A stretch of 64,000 nt of DNA from Actinomycetota bacterium. Its GTDB lineage: Bacteria; Actinomycetota; Coriobacteriia; Anaerosomatales; Anaerosomataceae. Where the stretch lies: positions 5,904-69,903 of the forward strand of contig JAZIGI010000004.1 in assembly GCA_036679125.1 (NCBI GenBank), in the 5' to 3' direction. The notes beneath the pieces are model-generated. The model was not told where the DNA came from. It worked only from the letters and a program-made list of their open reading frames with translations, and searched no databases. Made by a program: the position numbers and the translations under genes. Below, one piece after another: positions 9,901 through 18,247 of the stretch. Every line of letters begins with the position of its first letter. Within the stretch, counting starts at the first letter, position 1.

Positions 9901-11557
9901 CTACAGCCTGCAGGCGGCACCGCCTGGAGCCACGATCGACCCCGTCTCCGGTGAGTTCACATGGACGCCTCCGACGACCGGCGTCTTCGGCATGATCCTC
10001 AGAGTGACCGACGGCATCGAGACCGACTTCCAGGTCGTGGTCATCACCGTGACCGAGCCAGCCGACACGATCGCGCCGCTCCCACCTGCGGACGTGAACG
10101 CCACGCCGCTATCCGCCACATCCGTGCGGGTGAGCTGGAGCGCCTCGGCGGATCCGAGCGGTATCAGGTACTACACCGTGTATCTGGACGGTGTCGCGGT
10201 GACCACCGTGGCCGACACCTCGGCTGTCATCACGGGTCTGGCGCCGGCGACGACCTATGAGTTCTCGGTGGCGGCAGTGGATGGCTCACCCGCCGCGAAC
10301 GCATCTACGCCGAGTGCCGGTGTCAGCGCCACCACACCGGGTCTGCCCGACACCACCGCACCGGTCATCACGATCGAAGGCGTGACCACCGGTGCCATGT
10401 ACGACGCTCCCGTGACGATCACGGCCTCCGCGCTCGACTCGGTGGACGGCACGATCACGCCTTTGCTCACCCTGAACGGGCAGCCGTTCGGCAGCGGCGG
10501 CACAGTCTCCGCTCCTGGCGCCTACGCGCTCGTGGCGATCGCCGAGGATGCCGCTGGCAACTCGGCAACCCGCAGTGTCACGTTCAGGATCGTGGAGCCG
10601 GCGCCCCGGCCGACGGTGATCGAGGTTGCGGGCGACGATCGCGTGGAGACCGCGATAGCCGCCTCCGCACTCGCGTTCCCCGGGGGCTCGGAGTACGTGC
10701 TCATCGCCACCGCACGCGACTTCCCGGATGCTCTCGGAGGATCCGCGCTGGCCGGTCTGCTTGACGCGCCGATCCTCCTCACTGAGCCCGACGCACTCTC
10801 CGCGGCGACTGCGAGCGAGATCGCGCGGCTCGGCGCGACCCGCATCGTCGTGCTCGGCGGTGAGGGCGCTGTAAGCGCGGATGCGTACGCTCAGCTCGCC
10901 GGGCTGGCGGACGCTGGCTCGATCGAGCGCATCGCGGGCGCCACCCGTTACGACACTTCTGAGCTGATCGCCACCCGCGTCATCGAGGAGCTCGGCGAGG
11001 GTTGGGACGGCACCGCGTTCATCGCGACAGGGCAGGACTTCCCGGACGCGCTCGCGGCATCCCCGCTGGCGGCCGCCAAGAGCTGGCCCATCTATCTTGC
11101 GAGGCCGGACCACGCCGAAGCGGGAGCGCTCGTCACGGCGATGCAGGCCGACGGGGTCTCACGGGTCGTCATGCTCGGAGGTGAGGGCGTGCTTCCTGAG
11201 GCGCTCGCGCAGTCGCTCGGCGATGCTTTCGGCGAGAGCGCGGTAGAACGTCTCGCCGGAACGAACCGCTACGCCACGGCCGTTGCTGTAGCCACGTACG
11301 GCGTGGAGGAAGCGGGACTTGCATGGGATAGACTCGCCATCGCGACGGGCGAGGACTTCCCGGATGCGCTCGCGGGTGGAGCGCTGCAGGGCAGGAGCGG
11401 GTCGGTCATGATCTTGGTTCACCCCGCCGCACTGCACGACGGCATCGCCGGCGTGCTTGGCGAGAACAAGGCCAGCATCGCCGAGGTGCGGTTCCTTGGC
11501 GGTACGGGCACCGTGCCGCAAGAGGTCCGCAACGCGGTGGTGCAGGCGCTGCAGTAG
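6995..11557 (+). CDS. Large secreted cell-surface protein: signal peptide, parallel beta-helix repeats, cadherin/Ig-like domains, FN3, 3x CWB2 wall-binding repeats
   Basis: ORF trimmed to ATG 6995 (MRRLLAPLLLALSILVVTPAAAFA). Domains by approximate coordinate: NNxIxGN beta-helix repeats (7100-8650); cadherin-like domains containing IDATTGVFTWTPTEEQGP (8940-10066); FN3 (10070-10330); three DFPDAL-containing CWB2 repeats (10617-11557). Confidence 0.9.
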   Translation: MRRLLAPLLLALSILVVTPAAAFAVDYHVAVGGDDAAGTGAPDDPFASVQKAIDVAAVGGGNVYVGPGTFTGNITLKNGVSLYGAGATNTTLTVVSGSVITISNIGGGETVSGFTITGGSAVYGAGVYCVNSSPVIENNTIKGNSAFRADGEASGGGLHSRGGAPLIRNNLITGNTASGAYPAGAGITLVSSAATIHGNTIVANSVEGDESDGMGGSGYGGGIHSVGTCYITANTIADNMVTAGYAVGGGVFAIDGSPQIVGNTITGNLAEGAPADAYDYGSATAGGVGVLRASALIARNVIADNVARGQGATAGGLYFNSQLDVHTPDIVGNIITGNSAEGVPSAMGGGSASGGGVELSDGAPRLIGNVISDNTVSGEWGEAGGVRVSAFWERTTPTIANNVITGNTVAVSSSGTGAGLVFDSSAAFVRNNTIADNTVQGAYAGAGGVFADDFWGLGRPDIKNCILWGNTGAELTGVGATYSCVEGGASGEGNTSSDPGFADAAGDDYSLTGDSPCIDMADASVAPALDIRGVVRPQGVGPDTGAYEYVSATPAPPAASDDAYVVREDHLLAVHGQGVLANDSVLTDGAPLIASVTTAPSHGSVSLDPRGSFTYMPDADFDGLDSFEYTVTDGLGGTSVATVTITVTPTSSAPVIDAIEDVVADELVELVVSVTATDGVAPIQPLVFGLVGDVPPGASIDATTGIFTWTPTEEQGPGEYDIHVTVRGSASVDAEAFTVTVAEVNVAPVFDAIGDVHIDECVVSTFTVTAADTDIPANTLTFSLADGAPDGVSIDATTGVLTWTPTEEQGPAAYEIPVVVSDGALEDTAAVTVNVAEVNVAPMLGEIGDQSGDELAPITFTATATDADIPANTLTFALADDAPAGASIDATTGVFTWTPSEAHGPAAHEITIVASDGALEDSATVTVNVAEVNTAPALDWIGNQSVTLGEAVAFTASAVDADLPANDLAYSLQAAPPGATIDPVSGEFTWTPPTTGVFGMILRVTDGIETDFQVVVITVTEPADTIAPLPPADVNATPLSATSVRVSWSASADPSGIRYYTVYLDGVAVTTVADTSAVITGLAPATTYEFSVAAVDGSPAANASTPSAGVSATTPGLPDTTAPVITIEGVTTGAMYDAPVTITASALDSVDGTITPLLTLNGQPFGSGGTVSAPGAYALVAIAEDAAGNSATRSVTFRIVEPAPRPTVIEVAGDDRVETAIAASALAFPGGSEYVLIATARDFPDALGGSALAGLLDAPILLTEPDALSAATASEIARLGATRIVVLGGEGAVSADAYAQLAGLADAGSIERIAGATRYDTSELIATRVIEELGEGWDGTAFIATGQDFPDALAASPLAAAKSWPIYLARPDHAEAGALVTAMQADGVSRVVMLGGEGVLPEALAQSLGDAFGESAVERLAGTNRYATAVAVATYGVEEAGLAWDRLAIATGEDFPDALAGGALQGRSGSVMILVHPAALHDGIAGVLGENKASIAEVRFLGGTGTVPQEVRNAVVQALQ
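8939..10066 (+). repeat. Four tandem 282-bp (94-codon) intragenic domain repeats
   Basis: GAGGTGAA(T/C) unit markers occur at 9221, 9503 and 9785, a period of 282. Blocks such as atcgacgccac(g/c)accgg...ttcacctggacgcc recur in each unit. Confidence 0.7.
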
Positions 11558-11573
11558 CGTTCGGGCACACGAT

Positions 11574-11615
11574 CAGCCGGCCCCGGTCCGCCTGTTGAGG
11601 CGGCCGGGGCCGCTG
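11574..11615. terminator. GC-rich hairpin between convergent genes, likely a bidirectional terminator
   Basis: cagccggccccggtccgcc-tgttgag-ggcggccggggccgctg. The stem is near-perfect at about 17 bp with two bulges. It lies 17 nt after stop 11557 and 49 nt after the vapC stop. Confidence 0.6.
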
Positions 11616-11663
11616 ACTGTCCGGCTACGCTTGAGGGGAGCGGCCGGACCCCCATCGGGCCCG

Positions 11664-12095
11664 TTACCCGATGAATCGCACCCTGCATGAGCGGGTCGTG
11701 GCCTGCTTCCGGTCGGCGGTCACGAGTTCGGCGTCGAGCGCGGCCGCGAGCGCGATGAAGACCGCGTCGTGGAGCGCGAGACGCTCGGCGTCGGCGATGC
11801 GGATGGCGCTGATGAGGAGCGAATCATCGACCGGCGCTATCAAGAGGTCGGCGTCGGCGAGGAAGGCCACAGCGCGCTCCATGTCGGTCGTCGTCATGCG
11901 CCGTGAGACGAAGATGTTCAGCACCTCGAGCGGCAGGTGCATCGGAGCGAGCAACGCGATCTCGTCCAGCCTGTGTCGTTCTAGCAGGTCGAGTGCGACA
12001 GCTGCTCCACGCTCGGAGCCATCGAACCACTTGAATGCCACAGATGAGTCGATCACGACTGGCCGACCCGCGGAGATGCGGAGTGGCCTACTCAT
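11664..12095 (-). CDS. vapC: PIN-domain toxin VapC (module 1)
   Basis: Trimmed to ATG 12095, which overlaps the vapB stop by 8 nt. VVIDSSVAFKWF...LHDAVFIALAAALDAELVTADRK shows the PIN acidic-residue pattern. Confidence 0.85.
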   Translation of the reverse strand: MSRPLRISAGRPVVIDSSVAFKWFDGSERGAAVALDLLERHRLDEIALLAPMHLPLEVLNIFVSRRMTTTDMERAVAFLADADLLIAPVDDSLLISAIRIADAERLALHDAVFIALAAALDAELVTADRKQATTRSCRVRFIG

Positions 12096-12387
12096 CCTCG
12101 TCCCGCTCATCCTCAGCGAGCCACTCGGGGAGCGCGTCGCGCATCTGGCGGAGGATCGTCACGCCGTCTGGTCCGGGTGGCATGCGCTTGCCGATCTCGC
12201 GCATGCCGACCATCGCCCGCTCGATGCGCCTGCGGCGCTCTTCGCGCTCGGCATCCTGATCGAGACGCGCGATGTAGGTGGCGGTGGCCTCCTGGATGAA
12301 CCCGCTGCGTGTCGTGCCGACCTCGGCCGCGCGCCGATCGATCTCTTCCAGCATGCCGTCAGGGAAGGAGATGTTCGCTTTGCCCAT
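12088..12387 (-). CDS. vapB: Ribbon-helix-helix (CopG-like) antitoxin VapB (module 1)
   Basis: MGKANISFPDGMLEEIDRRAAEVGTTRSGFIQEATATYIA is an RHH fold. The tail is acidic. The RBS is AAGGA. Confidence 0.85.
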   Translation of the reverse strand: MGKANISFPDGMLEEIDRRAAEVGTTRSGFIQEATATYIARLDQDAEREERRRRIERAMVGMREIGKRMPPGPDGVTILRQMRDALPEWLAEDERDEDE

Positions 12388-12388
12388 C

Positions 12389-12424
12389 GGTAGTCCTTAC
12401 GGTAGCACTGGTGGTAGCACTACC
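12389..12424 (-). promoter_or_regulatory. GGTAG(CAC) repeats upstream of vapB1, a candidate operator
   Basis: GGTAG at 12389. GGTAGCAC at 12401 and 12413, 12 bp apart. Inverted GGTAG-CA-CTACC at 12413-12424. All lie immediately upstream of the vapB RBS. Confidence 0.3.
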
Positions 12425-12453
12425 CTACGCCGGTGGTCTGACACGCGCAAGGA

Positions 12454-14574
12454 TCACACGGCCGGTCGCCACCGTCTCAGCAGCTGGGCGTTGGCAGCCA
12501 CGATCAGCGTGCTTGCGCTCATGAGCACCGCGCCCACGGCGGGGGAGAGCGTGATGCCCCACGGTGCGAGCACGCCGGCCGCAAGCGGGATGGCGAGGAT
12601 GTTGTAGCCGGCCGCCCACCACAGGTTCTGCACCATCTTGCGGTACGTCACGCGCGAGAGGTCGATAGCCGAGGCCACAGCACGGGGGTCGGAGCGTACG
12701 AGCACGATATCTCCGGCCTCCACGGCCACCTCGGTGCCCGCTCCGATCGCGATCCCGAGGTCGGCGGTGGCGAGCGCCGGGGCGTCGTTCACGCCGTCGC
12801 CCACCATGGCCACGCGGCGACCCTCGGCTCGCAGGCGCTCGACCTCGGCGGCCTTGTCAGCGGGGAGCACGCCCGCGCGCACATGGTCGATGCCGAGCTC
12901 GGCCGCCACGGCTCGCGCCACGGGCTCCGCGTCGCCGGTGAGCATCCCCGTGGACCCGCCGGCCGAATGGAGCCGCGCCACGGCCTCGCGCGACTCGGGA
13001 CGCACCGCGTCGGCGATCGTGAAGAGCGCCGCCACCCGCGCGTCGGGCCCGCCCGGGTCGTCCACAAGGAAGACCGCCGAGCGCCCCGCCGCCGCCGCGC
13101 TGGAGAGCGCCCCGGCGAGCGCGGGCGGCACTTCGAGTCCGAGGTGGCCGAGCAGCGCCGGTCCACCCACCGCCGTTGTGCGATCGTCCACCCGGGCACG
13201 GACTCCCTGGCCGGGCAGCGCCTCGAAGTCGTGTGCGTGAGGGAGCGCGAGCGCCTTCTCGGCGGCGTGGGCCATCAGCGCACGGGCGATCGGGTGCTCG
13301 GAGTCCGCCTCGGCAGCGGCGGCGCGGGCAAGCGCCTCATCGGCGGCCACGCCCTCCGCGTACGCCTCGGCCACCACGCGGTGCTCGGCCATGGTGAGCG
13401 TGCCGGTCTTGTCGAAGACGACCGTGTCGATCAGGCGTGCCTCCTCAAGGCCGCGCCGGTGGCGCACGAGCAGACCGCTCCGCGCGCCGAGCGCCGTGGA
13501 GATCGCGACCACGAGCGGGATCGCGAGACCGAGCGCGTGCGGGCACGCGATCACGAGCACCGTCACCACGCGCTCCACGATGTACGACCACTCGGCGCCG
13601 GCGATCCACCAGCCGAACGCGGTGAGCGCGGCTGAGCCGATCGCCACAAACGTGAGCAGCCGCGCCGCGCGGTCCGCGAGGTCCTGCGCCCGGGAGCGCG
13701 ACGCCTGCGCTCCGGCCACGAGTCGCATGATGCCGGCGAGCGCCGTGTCATCGCCAACGCGCGTCACGCGCACCCGCAGCGCCCCGGCGCCGTTGACCGT
13801 GCCCGCGATCACCGGGTCACCAGGAGCCTTGCTTACGAGCCGGGACTCGCCTGTGATCATCGACTCGTCCACCGCGCTTTCGCCTTCGGCCACTTCGCCG
13901 TCCGCAGGTACGCGTGCGCCTGGACGCACGAGCACGAGATCGCCCGCGATGAGCGCTGACACCCGGACGCGTTGCGGCGCTCCTTCGGCGTCCACCCGCT
14001 CGGCTTCATCCGGCAACAGCGACGCGAGCTCGGCCAGAGCTCCCGAGGCCTGCGCGATCGAGCGCATCTCCACCCAGTGGCCCAGGAGCATGATGGTCAC
14101 CAGCGTTGCGAGCTCCCACCACAGGTCCATGCCCGGCGCGCCCAAGGTGACGGCCACGCTGTAGCCGAAGGCCACGCTTATCGCGAGCGAGATGAGCGTC
14201 ATCATGCCGGGCAACCGGTCGGCGAGTTCGTTCCTGGCGCCCTTCAGGAACGGCAGTCCGCCGTAGAAGAACACGATGGTGCCGAACACCGCGGGGACAA
14301 GCGTCGAGCCCGGGAACTCCGGAGCCGTATAGCCGAGGAGGTGCTGGACCATCGGCGAGAAGATGACCGCCGGGATGGTGAGCGCCAGTGACAACCAGAA
14401 CTTGTCCCGGAACATGCTGACGCTGTGGCCTTCGTGGCGGTCGTGCGCGGCGGCCTCCGAACCCAGCTGCCCGTGTCCGTTGTGCCCGCCGTGCCCTGGC
14501 GCCGGTGCGCCGGCACCGTGTCCGTTGTGCCCGCCGTGGTCCGACGCTGGTGCGTGATCGTGGTCGTGTGTCAT
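12454..14574 (-). CDS. copB: Copper-translocating P1B-type ATPase with a His-rich N-terminus (CopB-like, CPH motif)
   Basis: ORF 12454..14853 trimmed to ATG 14574 (RBS AAGGAGG). MTHDHDHAPASDHGGHNGHG... Motifs: ACPHALGLAIP (CPH), FDKTGTLT, GDGVNDAPAL. Confidence 0.9.
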   Translation of the reverse strand: MTHDHDHAPASDHGGHNGHGAGAPAPGHGGHNGHGQLGSEAAAHDRHEGHSVSMFRDKFWLSLALTIPAVIFSPMVQHLLGYTAPEFPGSTLVPAVFGTIVFFYGGLPFLKGARNELADRLPGMMTLISLAISVAFGYSVAVTLGAPGMDLWWELATLVTIMLLGHWVEMRSIAQASGALAELASLLPDEAERVDAEGAPQRVRVSALIAGDLVLVRPGARVPADGEVAEGESAVDESMITGESRLVSKAPGDPVIAGTVNGAGALRVRVTRVGDDTALAGIMRLVAGAQASRSRAQDLADRAARLLTFVAIGSAALTAFGWWIAGAEWSYIVERVVTVLVIACPHALGLAIPLVVAISTALGARSGLLVRHRRGLEEARLIDTVVFDKTGTLTMAEHRVVAEAYAEGVAADEALARAAAAEADSEHPIARALMAHAAEKALALPHAHDFEALPGQGVRARVDDRTTAVGGPALLGHLGLEVPPALAGALSSAAAAGRSAVFLVDDPGGPDARVAALFTIADAVRPESREAVARLHSAGGSTGMLTGDAEPVARAVAAELGIDHVRAGVLPADKAAEVERLRAEGRRVAMVGDGVNDAPALATADLGIAIGAGTEVAVEAGDIVLVRSDPRAVASAIDLSRVTYRKMVQNLWWAAGYNILAIPLAAGVLAPWGITLSPAVGAVLMSASTLIVAANAQLLRRWRPAV

Positions 14575-14608
14575 GGGTACCTCCTTGTCCGGTTCCTCCC
14601 CTGACACG

Positions 14609-14618
14609 CACACATGTA
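14609..14618 (-). promoter_or_regulatory. cop-box-like element TACAtgTGTg upstream of copB
   Basis: The copB sense strand reads CCACGTGTACATGTGTGCG 35-44 nt upstream of the ATG. It matches 9 of 10 positions of the CopY-type box TACAnnTGTA, which I recall from Firmicutes. No copY gene is in the window. Confidence 0.3.
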
Positions 14619-14719
14619 CACGTGGCGACCCGCTGGTCGCACATCGGCCGTGCACGACCACCGCCTTATGGCTGTTCGTGGGTACATAGTGCACATCGTT
14701 TCCCAGGGGAGGAGTCGCG

Positions 14720-15592
14720 ATGTCCGCCTTGCTCGGTGTGGTCGCGCTTGTGATGCTGGTCGGTGCGGTCGCGCTCGGTTGGTTCGTGTCCAAGGGGGGT
14801 CGGCCTCGTACCGGACTCCGATGCCTCCTGTTGGGTGTCGTCACCGTTGCCACGCTGTTCCTACTGCAGGTCGCCCAGATCCTCTACCGCCCGTCGGCGG
14901 TCGTCATGGCCGCGCTCGGCGCGGGACTCATCGCGATGGTGGTGCTGTTCATCAGCATCGGCAAGGACGTGGACTGGAAGGCCGTGCGCGTTGCCGCGCT
15001 CGTGGGGGTGGTGCTTGTGGTGATGGGCGCGTTCCTGTTCGGCGCGATCGCGATGCCCACAGGAGACCTCTTCGTGCCGCTGCTCGAGGCCAGGGCCCGG
15101 CAGATGGCTGAGGATCAGGGCTTCGACGTGTTGCTCGCGCCGGAGGAGACGATGTTCACCGAGTATCTTCCCGTGACCGAGGTGGGCTCCGGCGAGGGCG
15201 TACAGATCCAGTACGAGCGGTTCACGCTCACCGAGCGCGTTGCGGACGTCGATCCGGGTGAAGGGGGACTCCGTGAGGTACTTGCGCCGGGGGCGGAGCC
15301 CCTCGGTCCGGGGAGCGTCAGAGTCGAGCCGGACGCGGACTACGATGCGGTATCCGTGAACGGGGAACTCGGACTCATCGCCACCTACAAGGACCGCTCC
15401 ACAGCGGAGAAGAGTTCGTTCGGCATCGAGGACGTACGCGTCTTGGCCTTCGTGCGCGATGGCGTGCTAGTGACCGTCTACAGCCAAGGCAGGATGGAGT
15501 ACCAGCCGAAGGACGACATCTACACGCCGGTCGATGCGCTTGTCGCCGATGAGCTCGTGAGAGTGGCGGAGACGCTCGAGCCCGTGCAGTAG
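14720..15592 (+). CDS. Membrane protein: four predicted N-terminal TM helices plus a soluble C-domain; hypothetical
   Basis: 290 aa. The RBS GGGGAGGAG lies 5 nt before the ATG. The N-terminal 115 aa are hydrophobic; the C-terminal part is acidic and soluble. Confidence 0.7.
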   Translation: MSALLGVVALVMLVGAVALGWFVSKGGRPRTGLRCLLLGVVTVATLFLLQVAQILYRPSAVVMAALGAGLIAMVVLFISIGKDVDWKAVRVAALVGVVLVVMGAFLFGAIAMPTGDLFVPLLEARARQMAEDQGFDVLLAPEETMFTEYLPVTEVGSGEGVQIQYERFTLTERVADVDPGEGGLREVLAPGAEPLGPGSVRVEPDADYDAVSVNGELGLIATYKDRSTAEKSSFGIEDVRVLAFVRDGVLVTVYSQGRMEYQPKDDIYTPVDALVADELVRVAETLEPVQ

Positions 15593-15613
15593 AGTCCGGG
15601 GCGTGGCGCTCCG

Positions 15614-18247
15614 TCAGTCGCAGCGCACGATCTCGCAGCGGTCCGAGACGAACAACGCCGCACGCTGCTCGAGCGCGTCGGACCACAGCCACATCGAGCG
15701 TCCGTCGAGGTCGGCCACGTCGATCACGCGCAACAGGTCGCCCCGGTCCGCCTCGGCGGGCAACAGGCGGCCAAGCGCGTTGGGGAGCCCCTGCAGCAGG
15801 TCGGCGTTGAGCAGGCTGTCACGCGCCCCCGGCTTGATGCCCACGTACAGGATGCCGAGGTCCACGAGGTCGTTGAAGAAGTGCGTGCCGAGGGACAGGT
15901 CGGGGCTCAGGCCTCCGTGCATCTCGGCCACCTCACAGAGTACCGAGGCGTTCTTGATCTGCGAGAGCGTGGCAGGCACGCCGAGCTCGGGCATGCGCGT
16001 GCCCCAGCGTCCGGGGCCGATGAGCGCGATCCGCTCGGCCCGCTCGGGATGGTTCATCACGCGACCCACGAGGGCGGCGAGCGCGAACCGCTCCTGCGTG
16101 GGGAGGATGCCGTACTCCTCGGGCACCACGTACACCACACGGTCGATCTCGGTGGCCACGCTCTGTCCGATCACGGGGCCACCGCTCGTGAGCAGGATCG
16201 TGGCCGGCGGGATGTCCGCGGGCGCCGGGAGGTGCGTGAGCTCGCCGGTGAAGTGGAACGGCCGGCACTGCAGCAGGTTCACGCGGTAGTCGCCGTTGGT
16301 GAAGTTCACCGTGAACTCGATGTCCACCGGGTGACGATACGCTCCGGCGATGGTGGCCATCATCTCCCGCATCTCGTGCGGGAACGCTGTGTGCGTGAGT
16401 ATGCCGTCGAAGGTGAGCACCTGTGAGAACACGTCGCACATGCCGGCCTCGCGGGCGCGTTGCTCGAGCGCGGTGTCACGTGAGGCGACCATCGCAAGCG
16501 GCAGACCGTCGGAAGCCTTCACGACCGCCTCGAAGTCGCGCGAGACGTGCGCGTTCTCCTTCAGGTCGATCACGTTCACGATGTGCTGGCTGTACTTGCG
16601 CACCTCATCGGAGGAGCCTTCGGGACGCAGCGTTGGCTGATCGAGCGCGACCACCCGCGTGTAGTCGTCATCGTGCCGATCCACAGCGCGCGTCCCCAGG
16701 CCGAAGACCAGGCGCAGCATGCCCTGCTTCGGGTCGATCCGCGGATCCCACGCGTACGGATTGAACGAGTAGCCGACGCCACCCACGTGCGGGTAGTACT
16801 GGCTGCCGTGGAAGTCGCCCGAAACCCGCTGCACCAGCAGCGCCATCTGCTCGTCGCGGTGGATGAGGCCGCGGTGGAGCCGGTAGGAGAGCGCCTCCTG
16901 GCTCATCGTGGAGGCGTAGATGGTGCGCACGGCGGCCACGAAGTCGGCGAGGCGCTCATCAGGATCGCCCTGGTTGCCGCAGAACACGCTCTCGTACTTG
17001 CCGGAGAACGAGTTGCCGTACGCGTCCTCGAGCAGGCTCGACGACCGCACGATCACCGGTGATTGGCCAAAGTACTCGAGGATCTCGCGGAACTGGTCGA
17101 GCACCACCGGCGGCATGGTGCCGGCACACAACCGCGCCTCGAGTGCCTCGGCACGCTCGAAGAGGTCCTCGGCGGTGCGCATCCGGTACCGCTCCCACCA
17201 GCAGTCGTTGAGCACGAGATAGCTGTAGAAGACGTCCGCGCCTACGTAGAACGAGTCGTGCACCTCAAGTCGTTGAGCCAGATCGGGCCGGGTGCCGGCG
17301 AGGATCTTCCGCGCGAGCAGCATGCCCACCGACTTGCCGCCGATCTGCCCGGTGCCCACCATCCGCTTGCCGATCGCGAGGAGGTCGGGGAGCTCGAAGT
17401 GGTCCCGGCACAGGCCGAACACGTCGTCGGTCTCATCACGGCTGAGCAGCATGCGAATCAGCCGCAGCCGGTGCGGTTCCGCCTCGGCGGGATCGGCCTC
17501 GCCGGCGTCGATGCGCTGCTGCACCGCGCGCGCCTCGGCGAAAGCGTTCGTCCACGGGTCGCGCCACTCGATGCTGGTGTCGATCCACGGCTGGGGGATC
17601 GAGGTGCGGATCTCGGCGAGCTCCACGCTCTGCGTGACCGGGCGCACCTCGTCGCCGCGCCACGAATGCAGCATGTACATGGTGGGTGAGCGGCGCTCCC
17701 ACACCTTGAGCGGCAGGATGTAGAGCTCGCTGTCGTGCCGGAAGATGTCGAGCACCACCTGCGCGGTGGTGTGGATGGCGCGCGTGGCAAGCGGCGTGTG
17801 CACGTTGCGCAACAGTGGGAACAGCGCGACCGTGTCGTAGTCGAACAGGTACGGGCACGTGAGCCGGAAGAAGTTGCCGAGCATGCGGTCCGAGTACCAG
17901 TCGACCGCAAGGCCCGAAAGGGAGTCGAAGAGATAGTAGACGGCGTCATGCCCCTTGCGGTCGATGACCGTGAGCACCTCGGCGATGAACCCCTCGAATC
18001 CTGCCGAAGGATCGAGCTCGTGGACCTCGGCGGGCAGTCCCTCGGGGAGGAGCGGCTCATGGTCCGCGAAGCGGAAGTACACCAGCTTGCGGTCGGCAAC
18101 GTGCGTGTACTCGCAGTACCGCTGCGCGAAGGGCAGGAAGTCGGCGATGTCGTCCACCTGCAACACGATGTTGTCGCCCGCCCACACGCCCTCGAGCACG
18201 CTGTCGAGCGCCGGGATGCCGCTGCTGAGGTCCTTACGCTTCGCCAT
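15614..18247 (-). CDS. PEP/pyruvate-binding (PPDK_N ATP-grasp) domain protein with an N-terminal degenerate KaiC/RecA-like domain
   Basis: ORF trimmed to ATG 18247 (MAKRKDLSSGIPALDSVLEGVWAGDNIVLQVDD). The central part, GTGQIGGKSVGMLLA...VIVRSSSLLEDAYGNSFSGKYES, is typical of the PEP-synthase N-domain. The start overlaps the dus stop by 14 nt. Confidence 0.85.
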   Translation of the reverse strand: MAKRKDLSSGIPALDSVLEGVWAGDNIVLQVDDIADFLPFAQRYCEYTHVADRKLVYFRFADHEPLLPEGLPAEVHELDPSAGFEGFIAEVLTVIDRKGHDAVYYLFDSLSGLAVDWYSDRMLGNFFRLTCPYLFDYDTVALFPLLRNVHTPLATRAIHTTAQVVLDIFRHDSELYILPLKVWERRSPTMYMLHSWRGDEVRPVTQSVELAEIRTSIPQPWIDTSIEWRDPWTNAFAEARAVQQRIDAGEADPAEAEPHRLRLIRMLLSRDETDDVFGLCRDHFELPDLLAIGKRMVGTGQIGGKSVGMLLARKILAGTRPDLAQRLEVHDSFYVGADVFYSYLVLNDCWWERYRMRTAEDLFERAEALEARLCAGTMPPVVLDQFREILEYFGQSPVIVRSSSLLEDAYGNSFSGKYESVFCGNQGDPDERLADFVAAVRTIYASTMSQEALSYRLHRGLIHRDEQMALLVQRVSGDFHGSQYYPHVGGVGYSFNPYAWDPRIDPKQGMLRLVFGLGTRAVDRHDDDYTRVVALDQPTLRPEGSSDEVRKYSQHIVNVIDLKENAHVSRDFEAVVKASDGLPLAMVASRDTALEQRAREAGMCDVFSQVLTFDGILTHTAFPHEMREMMATIAGAYRHPVDIEFTVNFTNGDYRVNLLQCRPFHFTGELTHLPAPADIPPATILLTSGGPVIGQSVATEIDRVVYVVPEEYGILPTQERFALAALVGRVMNHPERAERIALIGPGRWGTRMPELGVPATLSQIKNASVLCEVAEMHGGLSPDLSLGTHFFNDLVDLGILYVGIKPGARDSLLNADLLQGLPNALGRLLPAEADRGDLLRVIDVADLDGRSMWLWSDALEQRAALFVSDRCEIVRCD

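Noticed and set aside
14575-14853. The 93-aa N-terminal extension of the copB ORF ([20 protein letters not shown]...).
   Set aside because: An internal ATG at 14574 has a consensus AAGGAGG RBS and starts the His-rich metal-binding tail. The extension is low-complexity and overlaps the divergent gene's start region.
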